The translations under genes were made by a program, and so were the position numbers. Shown here in pieces: positions 1-11,229 of a stretch of DNA of 64,000 nucleotides. Source of the stretch: Octopus bimaculoides (Eukaryota); the NCBI RefSeq assembly GCF_001194135.2, contig NC_068995.1:28638454-28702453 (forward strand), written 5' to 3'. Below the pieces are notes generated by a model, which was not told the origin of the DNA, did no database searches, and saw only the letters and a program-made list of their open reading frames with translations. How positions within the stretch are numbered: position 1 is the first letter of the stretch; every line of letters begins with the position of its first letter.

Positions 1-1
1 A

Positions 2-1175
2 ATGACGAAATTGACTCTGCCAGAAATTTGGAAACGACATGCTATACTGCTTGGCATTCGCGCCCGAAGCTCCAATACGAACATTTCAGAATGCCTGGGT
101 GTCAATCTGAGGACAGTGCAGAGGATTCTGAAAGAGTCGGATGAGTCTAATGGTGATTACGAAGGTACTGCAGATTGGAAAATTCAATTTGATCGTTCTG
201 ATAAGAAAAGAACTCCTGAATTTGTTGGTGAGACCCAGACCATAGTTGGCAACGATCCCTCCAAATCAATCAAGTCCATCGCCAGGGACATGGGAATGTC
301 TGAGTTTCTTATTAGGCAGGTAGTGCATGAAGACATTTGGTATTCCTCATACAAGATGAGAAAGGACCAATTTTTGTTACAAGCAATCAAAGACACGAAG
401 AAAGACCGCGCTACTAAGCTTATGAAGAAGCTCAAGCATCCCTTCCAATCGATCATGCTTTGGTTTTTCTCAGACGAGAAAAATTTCTGCCAAGGATCAG
501 ATGGTGAACACGCAGAACAACTGTTGGCTTGCCGTGTCCCCAAAACATGTACCGAGAGTGATAAAAACCAAACATCCAATCAACATCATGGTGTTTGGAG
601 TGATCGCTAGTGATGGCGACGTTACGCCTCCATTCATCTTCCCACATGGCCTCACACTCAACACGGAGGCCTACATCAAGTGCCTGGAGGAGGTAGTGCT
701 GCCCTGGGTCAAGAGGGTGGCTGCTGGAAGACTTTATGTCTGGCAACAGGACTCTGCACTATGTCATACAAATAGGAGAGCCTAGTCATGGCTGTCAGAC
801 AATTTCTGCGACCACATCACCCCTAACATCTGGCCACCTAACTCCCCAGACTGAAACCTCCCTGATTATTATGTGTGGGGCGCAGTTGAGCGAGAGACCA
901 ACAAAAGTCCTTGTAACACCAAAGATGGACTGAAGGCAAAGATTAAATAGCATTCACCAACTTAAAAAAGGAGACCGTCCAGAAGAGTTGCAGGCGATTC
1001 CGAAGTCGTCTGGAGACCGTAGTTAAATCCAGTGGTGATGTTATTGAATAAATTTACTCTTTAGTATTTCAAGATACTTTAATGTAATTTTGGTAAATAT
1101 ATCTGTTAAAATGATATTGTGAGTTTTATTTTCATTTTTGCGTAATTTAGACGACAATTTATTCACCGCACCCTG
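2..1175 (+). mobile_element. Tc1/mariner-superfamily transposon, DD37D (maT-type), decayed; 5' TIR outside window
   Basis: HTH region, then WFFSDEKNF (D1), a frameshift, and WQQDSALCH...WPPNSPD*NLPDY with 37 residues between D2 and D3; in-frame stops; ends ...CACCCTG|TA at 1175 (3' TIR plus TA target site). Confidence 0.9.
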
Positions 1176-1393
1176 TATATTTTATACCCTGGTGTTGGAT
1201 ATATAATTTAACAAAGCTGGGCGAAAGAAGTATTTACACGACGCAATACGATTACTGTTACACAAGGTTAAACGCTCTCTACCAACAGTTCCTAGTGAAC
1301 TGCTCACCATCAATTCCTCACAATTATTTATTTTCTAGCAATGGGTCAGTCCACTTTTAGTCACATGGGGGTGGTCGGGATCCTTCCATAACA

Positions 1394-4300
1394 GTATGTA
1401 TGTCATTATTCAGTTTATTTCAAGATTTCTTGCCAATAGAGAAAGAACCAGTTTCTAACCTAGATCCAAGGCTCATTCATTGAAATTTCAACATCAACAA
1501 CGGGGTATTTTTTATGTATGTACGTACGTATGTATGTATGTATGTATGTATGCATGTATGTATGTATGTATGTGCAGCTTTGTATGTTTTATGTATGTAT
1601 TCTCAAGCATATAGTTACATATCTAGACATGCTCATATGTATTTAAATGATAAACTTCTGGAAAGTTTTACAGATTTTTTACAGTCCCAGTGATGGATTG
1701 GATCTGTAGTCTTCGAATTATCTTTCTTTCTGGTTTTGAAAAGCCAAATTTCTCGAGATTGGTATTTAGGCAGTATGTTACATATCCCAGGGCTCCAATA
1801 ATTACAGGTATAAACCTGAACTTGTAATCTGGATAGAGTAACTGCAGATTTCTCAATAATTCAGCATGGGTATTCTCTTTTTCACTGATCTTCAGTTTTA
1901 TGTTAACATCTGCTAAGCAGCTAATTTCAACTACTATGCACAGTTTCTCTTCTCTATCTCAAATCATTGTATCAGGTCTGTTGTGCATACATTTTATTGA
2001 GGTCTTCACTGGTATATTCCACCAGTATTCCTTTTTATTAAGAGTGGCTATAGCTTCTACCATATTGTGGGTTTTTATTTCTTTGTCCTCGAGATTATCC
2101 TTCCGACGGATTTCATTATAGAGTGTCCTTGCTACAACGTTATGTCTCATCGGTAGATAATACCATGATAACATTTTCGGACAACTGCTTATGATGTGGG
2201 TGATATCTTCAGTGTGAATTCCACAAAGTCTGCATCGGTTGTCACATTTTACGGCTTTTCCCGCATCTCTATCTCTTTTGTGAATCAGGTACCTGGTTGA
2301 TATTTCCTATTTCTGGATTTCAAACGCGTACCCTTCAAAGTGGGAGGTAGTAATCCGGCTATTCGTCCATGATAAACTGCTTTGATGATCGATGTTACTA
2401 TCATCACGGAGCTTTCTTGTAACATATACATGCATAGTCTTCTCCTCATATAGGCTCACCCTTTCATCTGATGGTACGTGGCGGTAGAGTTGTGTGACAT
2501 CATTAGGCATGTATTCTAGGTTATCAGGCTCAGTGTTGTTTAATGAGCTGCCTTCCAAGTCTTATGATGTTATCAGCCTCATGTATGCAAACTTGGTTAA
2601 GGAATGCACTTCAACGCTTGGTAGTTAAAAGATATTGCCGAAATGATATGATGCGACATTCAAATGCATTTTGGATGTTAAGCCTCTGCTGCCTTGTTTT
2701 CATTTTAGGTCGAAGCGGTCTACGTCACTGTTTATGTGGAAATTATGTGTGCTTGTTAGTATTTTTCGGGTTTTCACATCAATGGCTCGGATCTCATCAA
2801 GCTCCCAATCAAGTAGTCCAAATGTTGGTATGAGTACTGGCACTGCAAACACATTGTAGGCCACTGTTTTATTGAATGCAGAGAGTTCTAATGTCCGAAT
2901 TTTCTTTATTCGGCTGTAATATTCTTTAGTGACACGTGTTTTGTTACAGGTGTCATTGTAGGATATATTTTCATCCACCCCTACATACCTGTAACATTCC
3001 TCGTCAGATACAGGGGACATAGTCAAATCATTGATGAAGATGTTAGTAGTCTGGTTTATAGTTTTCCTCTTTTCACTACCATATAACAACATTTATCCCG
3101 ACCAAACTCCAACCCTACATCCTTTGATAGTGTCGTAACTAGGTCAAGGCTCTTTTTCATCTCATGCATATTCTTTGAATAAAGTTTTAGGTTATCTACA
3201 AAGAAACAATGTGTAATTTTGGTATTTCTGTTTCAAATGATTAATAGAAAGTATAAACAACATCACAGAGAGGCTGTCTCTTTGGAATATGCCTTTGCGA
3301 TATTGTATTCTATCGGTGATAATACAGTCACTCTATGTGCTTAATTTCAAGATGGTGGCCCACGATGAAGTCAGGTCAGCAATGGCTTTGACTATACTCA
3401 CTGAAACTTTAGCAAGTTGAAGGGCTTCTAGCATCCATGAGTGGGGAACAGAGTCAAAGGGTTTCTTATAGTCTAGCCACATTGAAACTAGGTTCCTCCT
3501 ATGCTCTCGCACCTCTGACACCACGGTTTTGTTGATTAACAATTGCTCGGCACATCCCCAGGCTCCCTTCTTCCCAGCTGCTTGTTCTGCAGTAATGATG
3601 TTATTGGTTTCACAATGGTCCTGGCAGAAGAGGTTTAAACCTGCTGTATATATCTTATACATTAAGTTCTGGCATACAATTGGCCGGTAGATTTTGCCAT
3701 GTGGGTGGTTCTGCATTTGGGGATCAATTTTGTCTCTCCAGAGTTAACCAGTGTGGTATGCTACTGTTCCCAATGGCAGCTTGCTGGTACAGATTGATAA
3801 GGTATGGTCGGTAGAATGTTAGCTTCTTGTACCAATATCCAACAATCAAGTCTCTTCCAGGTGCTTTTCTATCCTGGGATTTCTGGATCACAGTTGCAAG
3901 AGTTTCACCATCAATGTTGTATGTCTTGGATGTAACGCAGGAGCAATAACTTTTTCGGATTTCTTCCAGCCGCAGAGCATCTTGGTTAAATTCCTTCTCT
4001 TCACTCCAGATTTTCCACCAGAAGGAGTCTATGTCTTCTCGTGAAGAAGCTTCCATGATATTTATTGTTCCTCTTCTCTGTATAATGCTGCCTGGTTGCG
4101 ATTAAATTTTTTGTTTATTGTTCTTATCTTCTGATGTCGGAGTTTTTCACTGACAGCTTTTAGCTCCTGTTTTAGGGTAATCAGTTTGCAAGTGAGTGTC
4201 CCCTTTTTGCTGTCTCCAAACATCATTTCTATTTAATAAGCATCATTACATGACTGATGGTCTTCCGTAAACCAGTTATATTTTTCTCTGTCTTCAAACC

Positions 4301-4490
4301 CCATGATGGTACTTTCTTTGATATTTCAGTTTTGTTTACTTTTTTAATATCATTCATGTACTGTTTTACAGTAGTAGCCAGAACATATAGACAGGCGTTA
4401 ATATGCCAGTATGTGGGTTCATCACACTGTTGAAAATACTTATCACCAATTTCGTTAGCAGCTTTTAATACCGTATCTGGTGGGTGTTTT
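1394..4490 (-). mobile_element. R4/Dong-like non-LTR retrotransposon (RT + CCHC + restriction-like endonuclease), 5'-truncated, fragmented
   Basis: Minus-strand ORF pieces: YRPIVCQNLMYKIYT and WLDYKKPFDSVPHSW (RT), CRLCGIHTEDITHIISSC (CCHC), RHN...NRPD (RLE), FIPVIIGALG C-terminus. Terminal ~100 bp (1394-1500) also ends the copy at 59750-59850. Confidence 0.88.
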
Positions 4491-4499
4491 TTACTTACT

Positions 4500-4830
4500 T
4501 ACTTACTTACATGTTTATGTATGTACGTATGTATGTATGTATGTATGTATGTATGTATGTATGTATGTATGTATGTATGTATGCATGCATGCATGTATGT
4601 ATGTACGTACGTGCGTGCGTGCGTACGTACGTACGTACGTACGTATGTATGTACGTATGCATGTACGTATGTATGTATGTATGTATGTATGTATGCATGC
4701 ATGATGCATGCATGTATGTATGTATGTATGTATGTATGTATGTATGTATGTATGCATGCATGATGCATGTATGTATGTATGTATGTATGTAAGTATGTAT
4801 GCATGTATGTGTGTATGTATGAATGTATGT
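4500..4830. repeat. (TATG)n/(TACG)n compound microsatellite
   Basis: Directly visible; explains the MYVC/HTYI ORFs. Confidence 0.97.
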
Positions 4831-5163
4831 ATATAATTAATTTCATTGAATTTGGTCCAGTCAAAGTAGAATTTTTTGAAATTCAATACTCAATATATGA
4901 TACAACAGTAGAGTTTTACATTTTTTTAAATTGAAAGTCTCTACGATCGTTTCAAAACAAGCTTTATTGAGAATACGTCTATCAGGTAGGTTGAAGCAAA
5001 ATAAGTGAAAACCTTAGACAGAAGTGTATCTCTTATATGTACGTCAGTGTACTTGTGTGTGTGTATGTGTGTAAGAATATATATACATGTGTGTGTGTAC
5101 ACGTACGTATATATTTCTTTTTAGCTTTATCGTCCACTTCGAGAACCACTGTTCGAAAATATA

Positions 5164-5205
<42 letters not shown>

Positions 5206-6440
5206 AAACAACCACATAAATATTCTATGTCTCGTCTGGATACGAATGTGTATTTAGTAGTTAAGCGTGCAAAAACGTGACGCCTAATTAGTGGAATAAT
5301 TGAGATTATCGCGAGGGATTTTACTGCTGTGGAAGCAGTCGAAACATCACGGACACAGATGCTCTCAGTTTTCTTGTAAGATATCTTACAGAGACACACA
5401 GACACACCTCAGTATTGTATAAATATAGGTTGCTTACATACACACACTAAATACTGTTTACATTGCACTCTCGCTCTTCCTCTCCCTTACACACTTCTGA
5501 CAAACACTTTCAAAATTTTCCCATTCACAGAATCGTAGAGACTGTTCCTAGACATTAACTTATATATTTTATTGCTTAACCTCATGTCATCTCTAATTTT
5601 TTCTATTCTCGGCATAAAACCTGAAGTTTTAGGCTTGTCGATTACCTTGACCGCAGTACTCGACTGGTTTGTCCCATTAGTCCTTTCATTCCAGAAAGGA
5701 TGAAAGGTCTTAGCGAGCAGAGCTATAATCAGAGATATTCTAGCCATGATCATCCAGTGGTTATGTATATATATATGAGATATGACATAATGTGCCGTTT
5801 CCTTTTTAAAGAAGTTAAGGTGAATTTTAGGGAGAGTTGGTTGTTATCTCTAGTACGTCGATACCCTCTAAGTGGCCCACTGGAATGTTCCAGTTGCTGT
5901 TGTTGTGCCTATTTAACCCTGAGCCAACCTTAATTGAATATTTTTATGACCAATGGTGATTCAACATGACCATCCTGTTTTTTTAGAGGACTAAATAATC
6001 TATGTCCTTTCATTATGTAGCACAGTATGAGGTGTAAGCCGAGGGAAGATTGGTTGATATTCTAGCCCAAGAGTACATTATCCAACATATCACTTTGTAA
6101 TACGGTTGGGTGTGCTATGAATGAACTTGGCTGCTATTTTAAACATGTCAGTCGACTACTTGGGGTCTCTTTCGTCGGCTCACTATGAGGAGGATCTGGT
6201 GTGGGTGGCGGCATTTATATCATTGTTCATTTTTGTTGTTGCAGTTAGTGATGATTGTCGTTGTTTCGTCCAAGCTCTGAGCAAACGACCAAGAATTACG
6301 TAAGTAGTCAGTCAAAAGACTGAGATAATGTCCAAAGATTCACTATTCCAAATGCATCATATTCACAGGACAATTCATAGAAAGGTTCGATAAATTCAGC
6401 TGAGAGGATAGTGAAGTGACTAACGTTTCTAGCCTTAGCT

Positions 6441-6612
6441 ATTCTTTTCTACTCTTGGCACAAAGCCCAGAATTTTCGGGGAGGGGGGGGGCAGTCGATT
6501 AGATCGACCCTAGTATGCAATTGGTACTTAATTTATCGACTCCGAAAGGATGAAAGGCAAAGTCGACCTCAGCGGAATTTGAACTCAGGACGTAAAGACA
6601 AACGAAATACTG
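6441..6612 (-). mobile_element. tRNA-derived SINE family A, partial
   Basis: Reverse complement of GAGTTCAAATTCCGCTGAGGTCGACTTTGCCTTTCATCCTTTCGG, shared with 7330, 29066, 47225, 53385 and 59630. Confidence 0.85.
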
Positions 6613-7329
6613 GCCTTAGCTATTCATCTGAGAAGTTGCAAAATTAATTCCTCGTAGCAGCCAACTGATTTTATCAGATTTCTCTCTACGTACCAGCAGT
6701 TGTCGACACAGACATCATCATTAGATTCTTTGAATTCAGAATCGTACCTTATCTTCTTTCAGGTCAATAGATCTGTACTCAGAAATATAGGAAAAGCAAG
6801 GGAGTGATCAAAGTATGTTGCTACAATTCAGCTGCCTACTTTAGTTTTATTATATCTCCTGGGTCAACTCTGATCGAGCAGACTACATGCTCAAAGGCCT
6901 TCTACCCGAGATCATCTTATCTTTTTATTCAAATACAGAATGTCTTAGCCCACACTAACCACTGCATTCTTCCTTCTTTTAAGACGGTAGACTATGATTC
7001 GAAAGCGATTTGTCTGTTATTTCTAGCAGCTCGAGTGTCCACGCAGAGGCTCCCGCATAAGTTCGTGGTGTGTCGACTGTTATTGTTTAGGGCAGTGGAT
7101 TGATTGACAGAATAATTAGGGCATGGAACAAAATGATTTGCAGTATTTGTTTTAGCTTTTTACCCTCTGAATTCAAACCCCTCTGTGGTTACCTTAGTAT
7201 TTCCTCCTTCTGTAGTCGTACAATAAAATTCCAGTCAAGTACTGAAGTCAATAGAATGGACTCACTCGCTCACCCGAAATTTATGGCCTTATTATCATGC
7301 AAGAAATTATTATGATTATTGTTGCTTTT

Positions 7330-7530
7330 GAGGCGGTGCGCTGGCAGAATCGTTAACACGCTGGACGAAATGCTTTCGCCCGTCGCTACGTTCTGAGTTC
7401 AAATTCCGCTGAGGTTAACTTTGCCTTTCATCCTTTCGGCGTCAATAAAATATGTACCAGTTGAACATTGGGGTCGATGTAATCGACTCATCACTAAGCT
7501 GCCCCTTGTGGCAAAAATTTGAAATAATTA
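7330..7530 (+). mobile_element. tRNA-derived SINE family A, near full length
   Basis: A-box-like TGGCAGAATCG, B-box GAGTTCAAATTCC, central CTTTGCCTTTCATCCTTTCGG domain, AT-rich tail; multicopy in window. Confidence 0.88.
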
Positions 7531-8948
7531 TTATTGTTGCTTTTTATCAGATTTAACAGTTTTTGAGCAGAGCTATAAGCCAAAGTAGAGAGAGNNNNNN
7601 NNNNGGGGGGGGGGAGATACTCATAGTGAAAGAGAGAAGAATTGATACATTTTCATTGATCCACGAAGGATGAACGGTAAAATAGACCCCCGCGTGAGTT
7701 GAGCGCTAAGCGCTGTTCGCCCCTTGTTAATAGTTACTTTACTTCCTTCGCTATGTTTTGCATGCATGATGTTAATATTATTGAGGTGATATTGATATTT
7801 CTTTGTATTTTGCTCTTCGGTATGTGTGGAATGTTTATGTTCTTATGTATCATTATTAGTTGTATATAATTCTAGGGAAAGAGATGGTTATTGCTATGTA
7901 GACTCGGGCCAACCTGATCAAACAAACCTTTGAGTCTACAACTAACATGATCCACAAATTCATAACTCTAGTTATAATAAACTTTCAAGTAGGTATTACA
8001 TTTTCTAGTCATTTGTTTGGAGCCATGGTTCTGAGAGATTGACGTGGAGTTAGAATAGTTGTGTCAAGGGAACGTTGAAAAGGAAGACGAGACTGGGATG
8101 CCATCTGTGGAAGAGATGTGTTTATATTTTGTGAAGCTTGGAAAAAAGTGTTTGTATATAGTGAAACTGTTGAGTGTGAGTGAGGAGGCGTATACTTGAG
8201 CTACACTACTCGGAAAATTACAGACTTTAGATATGATGTAATTGCACACCAAACAGATTTGGCGGCCTATTTAATGTGCAATTTAATCCAGCATTTTGAG
8301 CGTCAGGTGGAGTTTAGTATTTTGTAGTGGTGGCGGCGCCGACGTTGTTTGTAGTAGTGACGTTAACATTGACAAAAGTAATAATAGTAGCAACTGAACC
8401 ACCCACTGTCGCAAAAACCACAGTAAATTACGACATTAGGTGAGAAAGTATCATTCAAACCGAATTAGGTCACAATAACTTACATCAGAGAATATGATAA
8501 TATAAGAGTATATTGGAAAAGGAGAGAAACGGTAGAAAATTAGGAGAGTGTTTGTGAAAGGAAATTAATAGTAGCATTGTAGAAAATTATAGAACTGGTC
8601 GAAAGTTATGTCGAATTAACTAGATACAACACTGTTAATAATCTAGAAAGTTCTATGAATACATTAATAAAAAAAAAAAAGAAAGAACTGACACAAACAA
8701 TAACAGTGAACTTTTATTGAAATAGCTATACCAATTAATTACAATGTTTCGAAAATCTAAGAAATTACACCGGCTTAGCTGTTGAACTGAAAAATAAAAG
8801 ATTATGGCATTCAATGAATGCATTTGTCATACCTTTTGTAATCGGAACACCATGGGTAATATACAAATATCGATATCGCCAGAATGAACGAAATTATATA
8901 TGTAGTAGCCATAGTATTCACGAAGTCAAATTGTTATTCCCTTAGATC

Positions 8949-9186
8949 TATTCTTTTATTCTTTTACTTGTTTCAGTAATTTTTGATTGTGGCCGTGCTG
9001 GAGCACCGCCTGTTCTTTTAGTCGAAGAAATCAACCACAGGGCTTCTTTGTAAGCCTAGTACCTATTCTACCGGTGTCTTTTGCCGAACCGCTAAGTTAC
9101 GGAGATGTAAACACACCAACATCGGTTGTCAAGCGATGGTGGGGGGACAGACACAGACACAAACACACAAATACATACATACATAC

Positions 9187-9217
<31 letters not shown>

Positions 9218-10146
9218 NNNNNNNNNNNNNNNNNNNNNNNNNNNNNNNNNNNNNNNNNNNNNNNNNNNNNNNNNNNNNNNNNNNNNNNNNNNNNNNNNNN
9301 NNNNNNNNNNNNNNNNNNNNNNNNNNNNNNNNNNNNNNNNNNNNNNNNNNNNNNNNNNNNNNNNNNNNNNNNNNNNNNNNNNNNNNNNNNNNNNNNNNNN
9401 NNNNNNNNNNNNNNNNNNNNNNNNNNNNNNNNNNNNNNNNNNNNNNNNNNNNNNNNNNNNNNNNNNNNNNNNNNNNNNNNNNNNNNNNNNNNNNNNNNNN
9501 NNNNNNNNNNNNNNNNNNNNNNNNNNNNNNNNNNNNNNNNNNNNNNNNNNNNNNNNNNNNNNNNNNNNNNNNNNNNNNNNNNNNNNNNNNNNNNNNNNNN
9601 NNNNNNNNNNNNNNNNNNNNNNNNNNNNNNNNNNNNNNNNNNNNNNNNNNNNNNNNNNNNNNNNNNNNNNNNNNNNNNNNNNNNNNNNNNNNNNNNNNNN
9701 NNNNNNNNNNNNNNNNNNNNNNNNNNNNNNNNNNNNNNNNNNNNNNNNNNNNNNNNNNNNNNNNNNNNNNNNNNNNNNNNNNNNNNNNNNNNNNNNNNNN
9801 NNNNNNNNNNNNNNNNNNNNNNNNNNNNNNNNNNNNNNNNNNNNNNNNNNNNNNNNNNNNNNNNNNNNNNNNNNNNNNNNNNNNNNNNNNNNNNNNNNNN
9901 NNNNNNNNNNNNNNNNNNNNNNNNNNNNNNNNNNNNNNNNNNNNNNNNNNNNNNNNNNNNNNNNNNNNNNNNNNNNNNNNNNNNNNNNNNNNNNNNNNNN
10001 NNNNNNNNNNNNNNNNNNNNNNNNNNNNNNNNNNNTATATACGACAGGCATTTTTCAGTTTCTGTCTACCAAAATCACTCACAAAGATGAACCCGGAACA
10101 GTGTAGTTGGTAAGCAAATTACTTACCACACAGCTACTCCTGCGCC
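8949..10146 (-). mobile_element. tRNA-derived SINE family B (CORE-like segment, internal TA/TG microsatellite), spanning an N gap
   Basis: Head (rc GGCGCAGGAGTAGCTGTGTGGTAAG) at 10146 and tail TTCTTTTATTCTTTTACTTGTTTCAG at 8949; homologous to 10423-10830. Confidence 0.85.
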
Positions 10147-10422
10147 TATTATGATATCTTTTTAAACTTTTCTATGGTAGATTCGCCATAGAAAAAGTTG
10201 TGGGGTTACAGAAAAGTTAATTTATTTTATTATGAATAAATCGAAACTTGAAATTTTGTTAATGTCAATTTTTCTTTTGAGCCGTATCATTTATATACTT
10301 GATTTTACATTCGGATTTTTTAAACAGGTCTTCGTGATTAACTCACATCTACTTTTCATCTCCCCACCACCAAAAAATAATAAAAAGTGAAGTATCAAAT
10401 ATAAAAGACATTTTAAAGTTAC

Positions 10423-10589
10423 GGTTGCAAGGCGTGGGTGTGTGGTAAGAAGTTTGCTTCTTAACCACATGGTTCCGGGTTCAGTCCCATAGTGTGTCAC
10501 CTTGGACAAGTGTCTTCTACAATAGCCTCGGACCGACTGAAACCTTGTGAGTGGATTTGGTTGACGGAAACTGAAAGAAGCTAGTCGTG

Positions 10590-10628
<39 letters not shown>

Positions 10629-10830
10629 CCGTCCCACTACCGCTTAACAACCGGTGTTAGTGTTTTTACGTTCCCGAAACTTTGCGGTTCGGCATAAGTC
10701 TCCGATAGAATAAGTACCAGGCAAATAAATAAACACTGGGATCGATTCATCCGACTGAAATTTTTCCAGGGTGGTGTCCCAGCATGGCTGCAGTCTAATG
10801 ACTGGAGCAAATAAAAGATAAAAAAATAAT
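10423..10830 (+). mobile_element. SINE family B, full length
   Basis: tRNA-like head GTGTGTGGTAAG...GGTTCAGTCCC, CORE-like ACCTTGGACAAGTGTCTTCT, internal (TA)(TG)n, A-rich tail. Confidence 0.88.
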
Positions 10831-11067
10831 GTGGCAGAGTAAAATATGCAAATAAAAACCCTGTTTCATATGTCTGCAAATACTTTGGCAAAATTCAATG
10901 ATTCAGCATTATTAGCAAATATCACATCCCCAGCTGGACGTCTTCAACTGACTGAGTTGCTGAGTGTTACAATATTATGACCCTGATCCTATCAAACTTA
11001 ACATAACTCCTAGCCTATATCTTAACCTTATTCAGAAATAGCCCTGTATATTTTATTGGGTCAGCAC

Positions 11068-11229
11068 ACAAGTGTAGCTAGAGTATGTGCCGCCCGGGGC
11101 GGTCCTTCCGCTTGCCGCCCCCAGACCCCACAAAAAACACATATTGCCTACAGCAGACCCAAAAGTGGTGCCCCTTTAAAAGTGTCGACCTGGGTGAACC
11201 CCCCCCCCCCCAACCCCAGCTGCGCTAGT
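11068..11229. mobile_element. Possible short GC-rich MITE
   Basis: GC-rich island bounded by degenerate inverted ends ACAAGTGTAGCTAG / CCAGCTGCGCTAGT (10/14 match); internal GCCGCCCGGGGCGG. Confidence 0.4.

Noticed and set aside
4480-4886. ORFs rich in MYVC/HTYI (also 33032-34345, 44788-45182, 60329-60657 and others)
   Set aside because: Translations of microsatellites.
5375-5390. Perfect 16-bp palindrome TGTAAGATATCTTACA
   Set aside because: One or two such palindromes are expected by chance in this much AT-rich sequence.
5487-5753. 88-aa minus ORF that looks protein-like
   Set aside because: Its 5' half is a degenerate SINE A tail; no splice or domain support.
8987-10113. Long ORFs of X residues (all gap-spanning ORFs)
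   Set aside because: Open only because of N runs.
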